A stretch of 57,221 nucleotides of DNA, taken from the NCBI GenBank assembly GCA_040905565.1, contig JBBDRF010000010.1:1-57221 (forward strand), given 5' to 3'. Within the stretch, counting starts at the first letter, position 1, and each line of letters opens with the position of its first letter. A program made the translations under genes and the position numbers. Below, one piece after another: positions 48,304-57,221 of the stretch. The notes under the pieces were generated by a model. The model worked only from the letters and a program-made list of their open reading frames with translations. It was not told the DNA's origin and searched no databases. Source of the stretch: Phycisphaeraceae bacterium (GTDB lineage Bacteria > Planctomycetota > Phycisphaerae > Phycisphaerales > Zrk34).

Positions 48304-49466
48304 GCGCTTCGTCCGCCCTGTTCTGTCGAAAGTTCAACCTGCTCATGCTGCCCGTTCAGCCACGCATGCAACCGCCTGATCCCCTCACGCAGCGACACGC
48401 GAGGCTCCCACCCCACCGCCTCAGCAAACGCTTCGATCGACGACACGTAGTAACGCTGATCGCCCACGCGCCAGTCCTCAAAACTCACGTCGCCCGTGCT
48501 GATGCCCATCTCCTCGATGAGGTGGATCAGCTCAAGCAGGCTTAGCGTCCGCTCAGGCCCGCCACCGATGTTGAAGGCCCGACCGCTCAACCTCGGCGCG
48601 TTCGCCTGCGCCAGAAGCATCGCATCGATCAGGTCGTCGACGTAAAGCACATCGCGCACCTGCCGCCCGTCGCCGTAGATTTTGATCGGTTCGCCCGCCA
48701 TCGCGCGGATCAGGAAGTGCGCCACCCATCCCTGGTCTTCTGTGCCGAACTGGTGCGCACCGTAGATGCAGCTCATGCGGAACACGATCGTGGGGATGTG
48801 GTACGTCCGCGCATAGTCGAGCACGTACTGATCGGCCGCCCCCTTCGAACAACCGTACGGGCTGTACAGGTCGAGCGCCCCCGGCGCGAAACCCTCCTCG
48901 CGCAGGTGCCGGTCCGCCGGCTCATAGCGTTTGGGCAGCGTCACCATCTCCAGATCATTCAGCGAACCGTACACCTTGTTCGTCGACGTAAACAGCAACG
49001 GCGGCGGCTGCTCGCATGCCCGGACGGCTTCAAGCAGGTTCAGCGTCCCGCGTGCATTGACCTCAAAATCCGTCACCGGATCGGCGATGCTTGTCGTCAC
49101 CGCCACCTGTGCTGCGAAGTGAAACACATGCGACACGCGCCTCACCAGCCGCTGCAGGATGGCTGGATCACGCACGTCGCCCTGCTCAAGTTCGACCTGC
49201 GTTCCGAAGCGGTGCCGCAGCCATGCCACGTTCCGCCGCACGCCTGGCCGCGACAGATTGTCCAGCAGAATCACGCGCCGCCCCAGACTCAGAAGCCGTT
49301 GCGCCAAGTTCGTGCCGATGAACCCCGCGCCGCCCGTGATCAGGCAAGGCCGACGGTCGTTCACGAGGCTATGTTCACCTTCATAAAGCGCCGGGTCTGA
49401 GCCGTCGTCAGTTCTTCCTTCTTCGCCGTTCGGCGCGGCCGTCACTTCACCGTTTGGTCGAATCAT
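48300..49466 (-). CDS. NAD-dependent epimerase, CDP-paratose 2-epimerase-like
   Basis: TGGAGFIG; AAQVAVTTS; STNKVYG; SPYGCSK; RMSCIYG; EDQGWVAHF. Confidence 0.9.
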   Translation of the reverse strand: MIRPNGEVTAAPNGEEGRTDDGSDPALYEGEHSLVNDRRPCLITGGAGFIGTNLAQRLLSLGRRVILLDNLSRPGVRRNVAWLRHRFGTQVELEQGDVRDPAILQRLVRRVSHVFHFAAQVAVTTSIADPVTDFEVNARGTLNLLEAVRACEQPPPLLFTSTNKVYGSLNDLEMVTLPKRYEPADRHLREEGFAPGALDLYSPYGCSKGAADQYVLDYARTYHIPTIVFRMSCIYGAHQFGTEDQGWVAHFLIRAMAGEPIKIYGDGRQVRDVLYVDDLIDAMLLAQANAPRLSGRAFNIGGGPERTLSLLELIHLIEEMGISTGDVSFEDWRVGDQRYYVSSIEAFAEAVGWEPRVSLREGIRRLHAWLNGQHEQVELSTEQGGRSA

Positions 49467-50587
49467 GCCGTGAGCCCCCTCGCAGCCAGCTCCGCGTGCG
49501 CCTGTTCAACGTGGTCGCTGGCGTGTTGGGTTTGCAGCCACTGGGCGAGTTCCGCCATGCCCCGGTCAAGCGAGACGCCCGGCGTGTAGCCAAGAATCTG
49601 CCGGGCGCGCGTAATGTTCGCAAAGCAATGACGGATATCACCGACGCGATACTGACCATTGACCTCCGGCGTGATGTGCGATCGCTCCATAACCTCCGCC
49701 AGACGCGCCGCGAGCTCCAGCACCGTATAGCGCTGCCCGCTGCCGATATTGAACGTTCCCCCCGCCGCGCCCGGCACATGCAGCGCCAGCAGGAACGCCT
49801 GCGCCACATCATGAACGCTCACGAAATCCCGCTGCTGCAAGCCATCTTCAAAGATGACCGGCGGCCGATTGTTCAGCAGCCGCGTCGCGAAAATCGCCAG
49901 CACACCCGTATAAGGATTCGAAACCGCCTGCCTCGGCCCATAAACGTTGAACAGCCGCAGCGCCACCGTTTCGATCCCGTACGCCCGCCCGGTGATCAGA
50001 CACATCTGCTCCTGATCGAATTTGCTCAACGCATAAATCGACGCCAGCCGCGGCGGCTTCGTCTCAGGCGTCGCCACTGGAATCAGCGGCCGCCCGCTCT
50101 CGTCGACCGGATCCCAATGCTTGCTGCGCATCCGGGCCTCGGCGCGCACCGTATTCGGGCGCTGGCGACCGTCGGCATCCTCGTACATTCCCTCGCCGTA
50201 GATGCTCATGCTCGAAGCGACCACCAGGCGACGCAGCCGCTTGCGATGTTCGATCGCCTGCTCCAGAACCACCGCCGTGCCGAGATTGTTCGCCGTGGTG
50301 TAGTCCGCAATCTGGTACATGCTCTGTCCCACGCCGACCGCGGCCGCCAGATGGAACACCGCATCCACTTCATCAAACGCCCGCCGCACCGTGCGCCGAT
50401 CGCAGACGTCGCCGCGCACCAGTTCCACCTTCGCATCCAGATAGCCAGGCCGCTTCTCGCCATCGCCATGCACCTGCGGACTCAGGTGATCCAGCACCCG
50501 CACCGCATAGCCCTGCCTCAGCAGCGCATCGGCCAGGTGCGATCCGATGAATCCCGCTCCGCCGGTGATAAGGATGCGATGACCCAT
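49463..50587 (-). CDS. NAD-dependent epimerase/dehydratase
   Basis: TGGAGFIG; AAAVGVGQSMY; YALSK; SNPYTGV; RVGDIRHC. Confidence 0.9.
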   Translation of the reverse strand: MGHRILITGGAGFIGSHLADALLRQGYAVRVLDHLSPQVHGDGEKRPGYLDAKVELVRGDVCDRRTVRRAFDEVDAVFHLAAAVGVGQSMYQIADYTTANNLGTAVVLEQAIEHRKRLRRLVVASSMSIYGEGMYEDADGRQRPNTVRAEARMRSKHWDPVDESGRPLIPVATPETKPPRLASIYALSKFDQEQMCLITGRAYGIETVALRLFNVYGPRQAVSNPYTGVLAIFATRLLNNRPPVIFEDGLQQRDFVSVHDVAQAFLLALHVPGAAGGTFNIGSGQRYTVLELAARLAEVMERSHITPEVNGQYRVGDIRHCFANITRARQILGYTPGVSLDRGMAELAQWLQTQHASDHVEQAHAELAARGLTA

Positions 50588-50654
50588 GCGCGATGCTCAC
50601 CAAAAAACGACGAAGAAGGACGAAAGACACGGAACTTCCGAACGCCTCCAGAGG

Positions 50655-50670
50655 TGCAACCGCTGTGCCA
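50655..50670 (-). promoter_or_regulatory. sigma54 (-24/-12) promoter
   Basis: TGGCACAGCGGTTGCA is an exact match to TGGCAC-N5-TTGC(A), about 68 nt upstream of ATG 50587 and correctly oriented. Confidence 0.85.
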
Positions 50671-51022
50671 CACGCCACGCCCAAAGCACCCGGACATCTG
50701 CAGCAGCAGCAGATGCTTTATTGACTGCGGCAACGGCAGAGGCTGGAGCAATCTGCCGCTCCGCGCCGCGCGTCATAACACTTCACGTCCGCCCGTCGTT
50801 TGCACATTTCGCAGCCATGCCCGTGACGCTTTATGCAAGGTCGCGCAGCCGCCCCGGTTCATCCCCACGCACTGCCCCGCACTCCGCCCGCGCACGGATC
50901 AGGAAGTGCCCGCCCGATCGCTTCAACGGCAGGCGCTACGATCGACTGTGCAAAGCAATCTGCGCACCAGAAGCATCGCCGACCGTCCGCGTCATCGCCG
51001 GAATTTGGCACCTTCCGCGCCA

Positions 51023-52291
51023 ATGCCACAAGGCGAAGCCGACCTCGGCATCTGCCAATGGTTCCACTATCACGATTACGAAACGGTTGAGCGCGCCGTC
51101 GGCTATCTGCGTGAGCTGGGCATTCGCCACCTGCGCACCGGCGTATCGTGGGCCGACTTCTATCGGCCGCATGGTCCGCAATGGTACGACTGGGTGTTCG
51201 AGCAACTTGCCGAGTTCGAATTGTTGATCTCCGTCTGGCACACGCCGCCTTCCATCGGCGAAGCGCCGCTCTGCACCGCGCCCCCGCAACGACTCGACGA
51301 ATACACCGACGTCATCGGCCGCATCATCGATCGCTACGGTCACGCCTTTGAGCACCTGGAACTGTGGAACGAGCCGAACAATCTTTACAAGTGGGATTTC
51401 CGCAGGTTCGATCCCCACTGGCGCAAGTTCGCACAGATGATCGCACCCGCCGCAGCCTACGCGCAGCAGCGCGGCAAGGTCACCGTGCTCGGCGGCATGA
51501 GCCCGATCGATCCCGCATGGGTCGCCCTCATGCAGCGCCACGGCGCGCTCGACGCCATCGACGTCGTCGCCATGCACAGCTTTCCCCATATGTGGTGGGA
51601 CGACGCGCCGTGCTGGGATCAGCCCGACAACTGGCGAGGCTGGGCCGACAAGGTCCGCCGCGTCACGCCCGTCGTCGGCAACCGCCGCATCTGGATCTCC
51701 GAATCAGGCCTCGCCACATGGGACCTTCACCGCAGTTGCCGCAGCCGACACGCCCTGCAGGTCCGCATGCTCGACCAGGCCGCCGCTGCCCCCGTTGAAC
51801 GCGTTTACTGGTACTCCCTGATCGACCTCGACCCGGCGCGCGAGGCGATCGAGGGTTTTCACGTTGACGAAAACGAATACCACCTCGGACTCGTCCGCCA
51901 CGAGGGCACACGAAAAGACGCCTACTGGCGCATGCAGCAACTGCTGCGTGACCGTCGTCAAAGACGCAGCCGCGGTGATTCATCCAGCCTTGGAGTAAGC
52001 AAAATGGTGGCTTCAAACGAAAGCAGAAAAACGACCGATCACGACGAAATCCGCAAGTGGGTTGAATCCCGCGAAGGCCGCCCCGCGCGCGTCCTCGGGA
52101 CCGGAGGCGTGGACGACCCGGGCCTGCTCCGCATCGACATGCCCGACGAACCCACCGGCGAAGAGAACCTCGAGCCGATCACCTGGGATGACTTCTTCGA
52201 GAAGTTCGAACGCGAAAACCTCGCGATGGTCTACCAGGAAGAAACCAAGGAAGGACAGACCAGCCGCTTCAGCAAACTCGTCAGGCGGTAA
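51023..52291 (+). CDS. Clan GH-A glycoside hydrolase (GH39/GH5-like) continuing in frame into a small conserved domain
   Basis: GICQWFH; LRTGVSWAD; WNEP acid/base; WISESG nucleophile; YWYSLID. Start uncertain (ATG 51023 or GTG 50906). The upstream part of ORF 49454-52291 is antisense to the epimerase gene. Confidence 0.8.
   Translation: MPQGEADLGICQWFHYHDYETVERAVGYLRELGIRHLRTGVSWADFYRPHGPQWYDWVFEQLAEFELLISVWHTPPSIGEAPLCTAPPQRLDEYTDVIGRIIDRYGHAFEHLELWNEPNNLYKWDFRRFDPHWRKFAQMIAPAAAYAQQRGKVTVLGGMSPIDPAWVALMQRHGALDAIDVVAMHSFPHMWWDDAPCWDQPDNWRGWADKVRRVTPVVGNRRIWISESGLATWDLHRSCRSRHALQVRMLDQAAAAPVERVYWYSLIDLDPAREAIEGFHVDENEYHLGLVRHEGTRKDAYWRMQQLLRDRRQRRSRGDSSSLGVSKMVASNESRKTTDHDEIRKWVESREGRPARVLGTGGVDDPGLLRIDMPDEPTGEENLEPITWDDFFEKFERENLAMVYQEETKEGQTSRFSKLVRR
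52004..52291 (+). CDS. Small conserved hypothetical protein (95 aa) with its own probable start
   Basis: GGAG at 51992-51995, 8 nt before ATG 52004; TTDHDEIRKW..R.GRPA.V..LLRID..W..FF.KF..LA.VYQ pattern; same frame as the hydrolase. Confidence 0.65.
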   Translation: MVASNESRKTTDHDEIRKWVESREGRPARVLGTGGVDDPGLLRIDMPDEPTGEENLEPITWDDFFEKFERENLAMVYQEETKEGQTSRFSKLVRR

Positions 52292-52583
52292 CGTCCACGC
52301 GAGGCGGCGGCTCGCCTTCCTCCGAACCCTTCCCATCCGGCCCATGCTCAGGATGCGTCGGCTGACGGTGCTGCTGCGCCTCATCCTCCGCCACCGGGTG
52401 TACGCCGCTGACCGCGTCGATATCCTCGACCGATTCGAGATGCTTCTCGCGTGCCTGCTTCAACTGGGACGACTGCCGAGCGGCCTGATTGCGTGCCGCA
52501 TCTTGCACCCGCGCCACCTGACCTTGATGGTGAGCACCCTGGGCAACGCTGGCAGCAATGGCTGTGTTCGCGATAGAGCTCAT
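52281..52583 (-). CDS. Small hypothetical protein ending in VDVTA
   Basis: GAGG SD before ATG 52583; Ala/Gln-rich helical N-terminus; acidic disordered middle; C-terminal xDxxA motif. Confidence 0.7.
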   Translation of the reverse strand: MSSIANTAIAASVAQGAHHQGQVARVQDAARNQAARQSSQLKQAREKHLESVEDIDAVSGVHPVAEDEAQQHRQPTHPEHGPDGKGSEEGEPPPRVDVTA

Positions 52584-52643
52584 GGCAAAACCCCTCGTGC
52601 AAGCGTGTTGCAGCGTCCCTCCTCCACCTCGCAACATGACTTA

Positions 52644-52672
52644 ATATCGGCAGCCTGAAGTCCGTAGCTTTA
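52644..52672 (-). promoter_or_regulatory. Possible sigma28 (FliA/SigD-type) promoter
   Basis: TAAA-N17-GCCGATAT: perfect -10 element, but the spacer is 2 nt longer than the canonical 15. Confidence 0.45.
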
Positions 52673-52778
52673 CCAAATTGCCCCCCCTTCGCCCCGCAAT
52701 CTTACGACGACTCAGGCACAACACGCACAGGCCTTACAGGGTGCCCCGTCAGCGCCTATCGAACGCAGCCGTAGCACG

Positions 52779-53585
52779 CTAACGCCGCCGGCGCTGGCGA
52801 AACGGTCGTAGCAACATGCCACCCAGCGTCCGCCACTGACGTTCATCACGGTCGTCCTCGAGCCCAAGTTCCAGTTGTTGCGGATCGTCACGCAACCGAA
52901 ACGTGCGGAACAGGCGATCCCAGATCGAGAGAACGCTCGCGAAGTTCGAATCCGTCTCGGGCTGCCAGCGTGAATGATGCACCCAGTGCATCCAAGGCGT
53001 CACGATCAGCCACCGCAAACACGAGTCGAGGCGGCGAGAGATGCGCACATTGCTGTGATGAAACAAGATCACCGGCAGCAGCACCAACTCGTACAGCAGC
53101 AACTGCGGCATCGTCAATCCGAGCAACGGCAACACCGCCAGCCGCGCCAGCGATGACAGCACGATCTCCCCCGTATGAAACCGCACCGCCGACGAAACGT
53201 TCATCTCACGGTCAGCATGGTGCACCGCGTGAAACCGCCACAACAGAGGCACCCGGTGATTCAGCACATGCCAGCCATACATCCACGCATCGAACAGAAC
53301 CAGCCCCACCACCCACGCCAGCACGATCGGCAGATCCAGCCAATGCAGCAGGCCGAATGACTCCCGAGCCGCCCACTCGGTCACCATCAACATCGCCGCC
53401 GCGAACAGCACAACCGTCACGACCGTGTTGATCCCAGCCAGCGCGAGATTCGCCAGATCATGCGTGAGCCGTCGCCGACGATCTACGAACATCGGGACGA
53501 ACCACTCAAGTATCCAGAGCGTCATCAACGCAGCCGCCGCAACGGCAGGCTTGCCGAACTCAAGCGACCAAACTTCGATGTTCAA
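52779..53585 (-). CDS. Sterol desaturase / fatty acid hydroxylase family protein
   Basis: His boxes YGWHVLNH, HAVHH, RFH, FHHSN, HWVHH; TM segments. Confidence 0.9.
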   Translation of the reverse strand: MNIEVWSLEFGKPAVAAAALMTLWILEWFVPMFVDRRRRLTHDLANLALAGINTVVTVVLFAAAMLMVTEWAARESFGLLHWLDLPIVLAWVVGLVLFDAWMYGWHVLNHRVPLLWRFHAVHHADREMNVSSAVRFHTGEIVLSSLARLAVLPLLGLTMPQLLLYELVLLPVILFHHSNVRISRRLDSCLRWLIVTPWMHWVHHSRWQPETDSNFASVLSIWDRLFRTFRLRDDPQQLELGLEDDRDERQWRTLGGMLLRPFRQRRRR

Positions 53586-53607
53586 AACCTCAACTCCAGC
53601 GATCCGC

Positions 53608-55269
53608 TCAGCCGCGTGGGACGTTCACGCGCACCGCCACGATCGTCATGTCGTCGGGGCGATAGTTCAGCCCCACGAACCGCCGCACCTGCCAGAGAAT
53701 GTGATTCACCACGTCGCGCGGCGGATGGTCGGCCATCTCCAGAATCGCCTCACGCAGCCGCTGCCGGCCGAACTTCTCCCCCTCGAAGTTCGAAGCATCG
53801 GGCACGCCGTCGCTGTAAAGCACGATCACGTCCTTCGGCCGCAGATCGACCATCCCCTTCACGTACTTCTGACCAGCATCGATGCCCAGCGCCATCCCGC
53901 CGACCGAAAGCTCTTTGAACTTCCCGTCCCGCAGCAACAGCGACGGATCGTGCCCCGCCGAACAGTACGTCAGGCGAAGCGAGCGACGGTCCAGCGTGCC
54001 ATAAAACACCGTGGCGAATTCGTGGTCCCGCGTGTCGTGCACCAGGGCGGCGTTGACCCGGCCCATCACGTCGTCCAGGTCGTAAACGTCCTCCACGTGC
54101 GCCCTCAGACTCGCCCGGACCGAAGCCATCAGCAGCCCCGCCGCGACGCCCTTGCCCACCACGTCGCCGATCACGACGCCGAGGCTGGATTCGAGGGGGA
54201 TAAAATCGTAGAAATCACCGCCGAGCTCGAAGCAAGGCTCGTAACGCCCCGCCACTTCGAACGGCGCACAATCCGGATCACTCGCAGGCAGCAGCTTTCG
54301 CTGCACGTCCGCGGCCAGTTGCACCTGCCGTTGAATCCGCGTCTGCTCGCGCCGTTCGGCATCGAGCTGAGCGGTGCGAATCGACGCGGCGGCGATCTGG
54401 GCGATCGCGCGCAACAGATTCTTCCGGTCCTCCGAAAACGCCTGGCGCTGAGCCGTGTAGATCCGAATCACACCGATCGGCTTCCCGCGATAGATCATGC
54501 CCGCGCACAGCATCGACGCCAGGCCCTCGCGCTTCGCATCCTCGGGATACATCACACGAGAGTCCTCGGTCATGTCCTCGATGTAGACGACTTCGCCACG
54601 CAGCGCCAGCTGATCAAGCTCGCTGCCCTTGACCAGAATCTTGCCTTTGTTGAGGTACTCCGGCGAGAGGTTGTGGACCGCCTCGGTCAGCAGTTCGCTA
54701 TCCGACGCATCCAGCAGCCGAATCGAAGCCGCCTTCACCGACATCAACTCCACCACCGAGCGGGCGGTCGTGTCGAGCACCGTCCGCATCTCACGCTTGC
54801 CCGACAGCAGCGTCGAAAGCTCGAAAAGCGTGCTCAGATCATCCACGCGTGACTTGAGCAGTTGGCCCTGCTGGCACATCTGGGCGATCGTGTCCGCCAG
54901 CAGTCCCATGAAGCTCGCCGCCTGCTCCCGTGAGATGCCGACCGACGTGGCGGGCCCGCCGTTCCCACCGGTCATCGTCGCCGCCACGCCCGCGCCGTCC
55001 GCTTCGCCCAGCGCCTGGTGTTCGGTGTCGCTCAGTTGACGCCCCAGCCGCATCACCGCCAGGCAGCGATGGTTGACCGTGATCGAGGCCGAGTCGCCGT
55101 CGTCCACCTCATCACAACTCGCCGGCTGAGTGTCGGCCTCGGCCAATACGTCGCCCCCCGTGTCGCGGATGGACACAGCATGCCCGGTCACCGCGGTGAA
55201 GTGACGGACAATACGCTGAAGGATGGTCGCTTCAACAAGATCTGTGAGGGGCCGAGGTAGGCGAGGCAT
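53608..55269 (-). CDS. PocR-like plus GAF plus SpoIIE/RsbU PP2C phosphatase
   Basis: LTDL..ILQ...F..VTG..VSIRD..G N-terminus; GAF-like region; GGDFYD; GDVVGKG; AGH; YSDG; DDMT. Start placed at ATG 55269. Confidence 0.9.
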   Translation of the reverse strand: MPRLPRPLTDLVEATILQRIVRHFTAVTGHAVSIRDTGGDVLAEADTQPASCDEVDDGDSASITVNHRCLAVMRLGRQLSDTEHQALGEADGAGVAATMTGGNGGPATSVGISREQAASFMGLLADTIAQMCQQGQLLKSRVDDLSTLFELSTLLSGKREMRTVLDTTARSVVELMSVKAASIRLLDASDSELLTEAVHNLSPEYLNKGKILVKGSELDQLALRGEVVYIEDMTEDSRVMYPEDAKREGLASMLCAGMIYRGKPIGVIRIYTAQRQAFSEDRKNLLRAIAQIAAASIRTAQLDAERREQTRIQRQVQLAADVQRKLLPASDPDCAPFEVAGRYEPCFELGGDFYDFIPLESSLGVVIGDVVGKGVAAGLLMASVRASLRAHVEDVYDLDDVMGRVNAALVHDTRDHEFATVFYGTLDRRSLRLTYCSAGHDPSLLLRDGKFKELSVGGMALGIDAGQKYVKGMVDLRPKDVIVLYSDGVPDASNFEGEKFGRQRLREAILEMADHPPRDVVNHILWQVRRFVGLNYRPDDMTIVAVRVNVPRG

Positions 55270-55387
55270 GCGCAGACCGTTCAGACGAGGGGGCAGCGGG
55301 CGGGTGGGCAAATCAGCGGAGCGTCGCAGCGCGCCGATGATGGTTTCAAAACCAGCGCGTGCATCATCCGCGCCATCGCCGTTTGAA

Positions 55388-57055
55388 TCAAGGGGCTTGG
55401 TCGGGGACAGCCTCGCCGCCCTCATCGGCCTCACCGCCCTGCCCCTCCGGGGCCTGCTCATCACGCAACCAGATGCGTCGAAGCAGCCCGGGCATATCGT
55501 CATCCCCCGCCTGTTCTTCCAGCCGATCCAGCGATTCCCGAAGCTCCGCCTCGCTCGAAGTCTGGTACGCCAGGTATCCCTGCAGAATCGCCGCCGCCTC
55601 GGCATCGGTCCGGGCGAGATCGTCAAGCTCGTCCTCGATTTCGCGAAGCCGTTGCGGGCTGGGCATCACCGCACCGCGATAGCGGGCCGCGATCAACTGC
55701 GGATTGCGGACCAGCGCCTGCCTCAGATTCATCGCGGCTGAGAGGTAAAGCCCCGCGCCGACCTGAGCATGCACCCGCCCCATCTGGGCGATCGCGTAGT
55801 CCGGCCGCATCACCAGCACACGCTCATAAAGCGCCTCCGCCTGAAAGTAACGCTCCTGCGCCATCAGCTGTTCCGCCTGGGCCAGCGCGCGGTTGGTGGC
55901 GTTGTCGCCTTCGCCGACGAAGCTTTCCACAGGCGGCAGGTCATAGCTCAGGCCCGCCGCGAGCCGATCCAGCGGGTCGCCGTCTTCTTCGTCGATCCCC
56001 TCACCCCGCCGGGTGCGGTCAAACTCTTCCGCCAGCTGCTCCACCCGCGTCAGTTCGCGCTCCGCCTGGGCCTGGGGCTGGGCATCTTGCCGCTCGCCGA
56101 CGCGCAGGCCGCCGGGCACCTGCGCATCGATCTCCCGAAGCAGGTCCGCGTAAACATCCTCGCCCGGCTCCACCTCTTCAAAACGAGGCATGCCGATCGG
56201 ATCAATCAGCTGCCGACTGCCCAGACGCTGGTCCACGCGCTCGTCGCGTTCGTCCCCCTGCCGCCCCACAATCGCACCGGAGAGGCGACCGCGTCGGCTC
56301 GCCTCCAGATTCATGCGTTCACGCTCGTCCAGTTCCTCCCGCGCCTCGGCATCGCCCGGCTCAATCTCCGGCTGCCCCAGCTGCCCCACCACCCGCCGTC
56401 GCAGCCCCGTCAGCGGACTCGTCGTCAACTGAAGCAGCTGCCCGCGATCATCCGCCATCAGCCCCGCCCGCTCGGGCCCGCCCATGAACCGATCCCGCCG
56501 CGTCACATCAAGCAGGCGGTCCGGCCCGACCCGACCCACCGAATCGCTTGTATCGTCAATCACTAAACTGCTCGGGAACTCACGCAGCTGCCGATTCAGA
56601 TCACCCGCTCTCGCGCCGGTGCCCCCGCGCAAGAGCACCGTGCCTTCCACGCGCGTTGGATCGAGCTGCGGATTCTGAGCACTCGGCCTCACCCGGCCCT
56701 CCGGCGTGGTACGCACCGACTGAGGCAGCGCCACCCTCCGAAAGTTATACGTATCGTCCGAGCTGGTTCGGCCGCGAAACTCACCCGGCGCGCGGTAGCC
56801 CACATCGCCCCGGAACGCCCCCAGTCCGCCCACGTTTCCCGTGATGATTGCATCGGAGTACCGGCCGTAGGGGTTCGGCCGCGAAGGCGCATTTGCCCCG
56901 CCGCTGCCCTGCTGCAGGTTGCGATCCAGCGCCCGACCGTCGCCGAGCTGATACTGCCCCGAAGCCGACGAATCGCCCAGCCCCGCCACCGCAGCCGCGA
57001 GCACACAGACCACGCCCAAGGCGGATTCCAAGCGACGATAACGGGTAACGATCAT
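55388..57055 (-). CDS. Secreted hypothetical protein with C-terminal TPR-like region
   Basis: GGAG SD; signal peptide; Arg/Gly/Asp-rich middle; AEQLMAQERYFQAEALYERVLVMRP TPR-like pair. Confidence 0.8.
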   Translation of the reverse strand: MIVTRYRRLESALGVVCVLAAAVAGLGDSSASGQYQLGDGRALDRNLQQGSGGANAPSRPNPYGRYSDAIITGNVGGLGAFRGDVGYRAPGEFRGRTSSDDTYNFRRVALPQSVRTTPEGRVRPSAQNPQLDPTRVEGTVLLRGGTGARAGDLNRQLREFPSSLVIDDTSDSVGRVGPDRLLDVTRRDRFMGGPERAGLMADDRGQLLQLTTSPLTGLRRRVVGQLGQPEIEPGDAEAREELDERERMNLEASRRGRLSGAIVGRQGDERDERVDQRLGSRQLIDPIGMPRFEEVEPGEDVYADLLREIDAQVPGGLRVGERQDAQPQAQAERELTRVEQLAEEFDRTRRGEGIDEEDGDPLDRLAAGLSYDLPPVESFVGEGDNATNRALAQAEQLMAQERYFQAEALYERVLVMRPDYAIAQMGRVHAQVGAGLYLSAAMNLRQALVRNPQLIAARYRGAVMPSPQRLREIEDELDDLARTDAEAAAILQGYLAYQTSSEAELRESLDRLEEQAGDDDMPGLLRRIWLRDEQAPEGQGGEADEGGEAVPDQAP

Positions 57056-57221
57056 GATACAAATCTCCAGCTAGCCATTTTATCGGCTCAACGCCCCTTC
57101 GGGAACAGCCGATCCCCCACCACCAGATCATAGAGCGTCGAGTGACCACCGCCCACCAAGACACGCGCAATGCTCAAGCCCCAATGCCCAAACCGCAAGG
57201 GTGCCCCGGCCAGCGAGCAAA

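Noticed and set aside
49454..50900. N-terminal ~480 aa of the 945-aa ORF as part of a giant fusion
   Set aside because: Overlaps the epimerase gene antisense and the promoter region; protein-like motifs begin only near 51023.
51006..51020. Plus-strand TGGCAC-N7-GC as a sigma54 promoter for the hydrolase
   Set aside because: Lacks TT at -12, and the predicted start would fall downstream of ATG 51023.
53425..54852. 475-aa plus-strand ORF
   Set aside because: Antisense to the PP2C phosphatase gene.
57080..57113. GCCGATAA sigma28 -10 element or terminator hairpin upstream of the last gene
   Set aside because: No TAAA -35 at a usable spacing and only a weak U-tract; the ATCGGCT..AGCCGAT stem is real but no function can be supported.
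1..57221. CRISPR arrays, tRNA/rRNA genes, transposases, integrases
   Set aside because: No regularly spaced repeats, cloverleaf or rRNA signatures, or recombinase motifs were seen by inspection.

Overview
This is a GC-rich bacterial window. Gene content and the PTP-type sorting tails suggest Planctomycetota, possibly Phycisphaerae (inference, no search run). Most of it is one co-oriented ~38 kb minus-strand surface-polysaccharide locus (40231 to 2235). It runs wecA-like initiator, exosortase-EpsI fusion, Wzc-like co-polymerase, 1406-aa TPR protein, WecB, ABC-type flippase, about 12 glycosyltransferases, a Wzy-like polymerase and several decorating enzymes. A near-consensus sigma70 promoter and a ~490-nt structured leader precede it. 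Three secreted proteins with PEP-CTERM-like (PTP) tails flank the locus. The standout observation is a complete 53-aa tandem MshEN c-di-GMP-binding motif inserted inside the ATPase/kinase domain of the Wzc-like protein, which suggests c-di-GMP control of an exosortase-linked polysaccharide or glycoprotein export machine. A second cassette, with a consensus sigma54 promoter, follows (methyltransferase, three CgeB-like GTs, GT4, MDR, two epimerases). Its divergent glycoside hydrolase runs in frame into a small protein with its own start. The window ends with a possible sigma28-type small gene, a sterol desaturase family gene, a PocR-GAF-PP2C phosphatase and a secreted TPR protein. No rRNA, tRNA, CRISPR array or mobile element was recognised.
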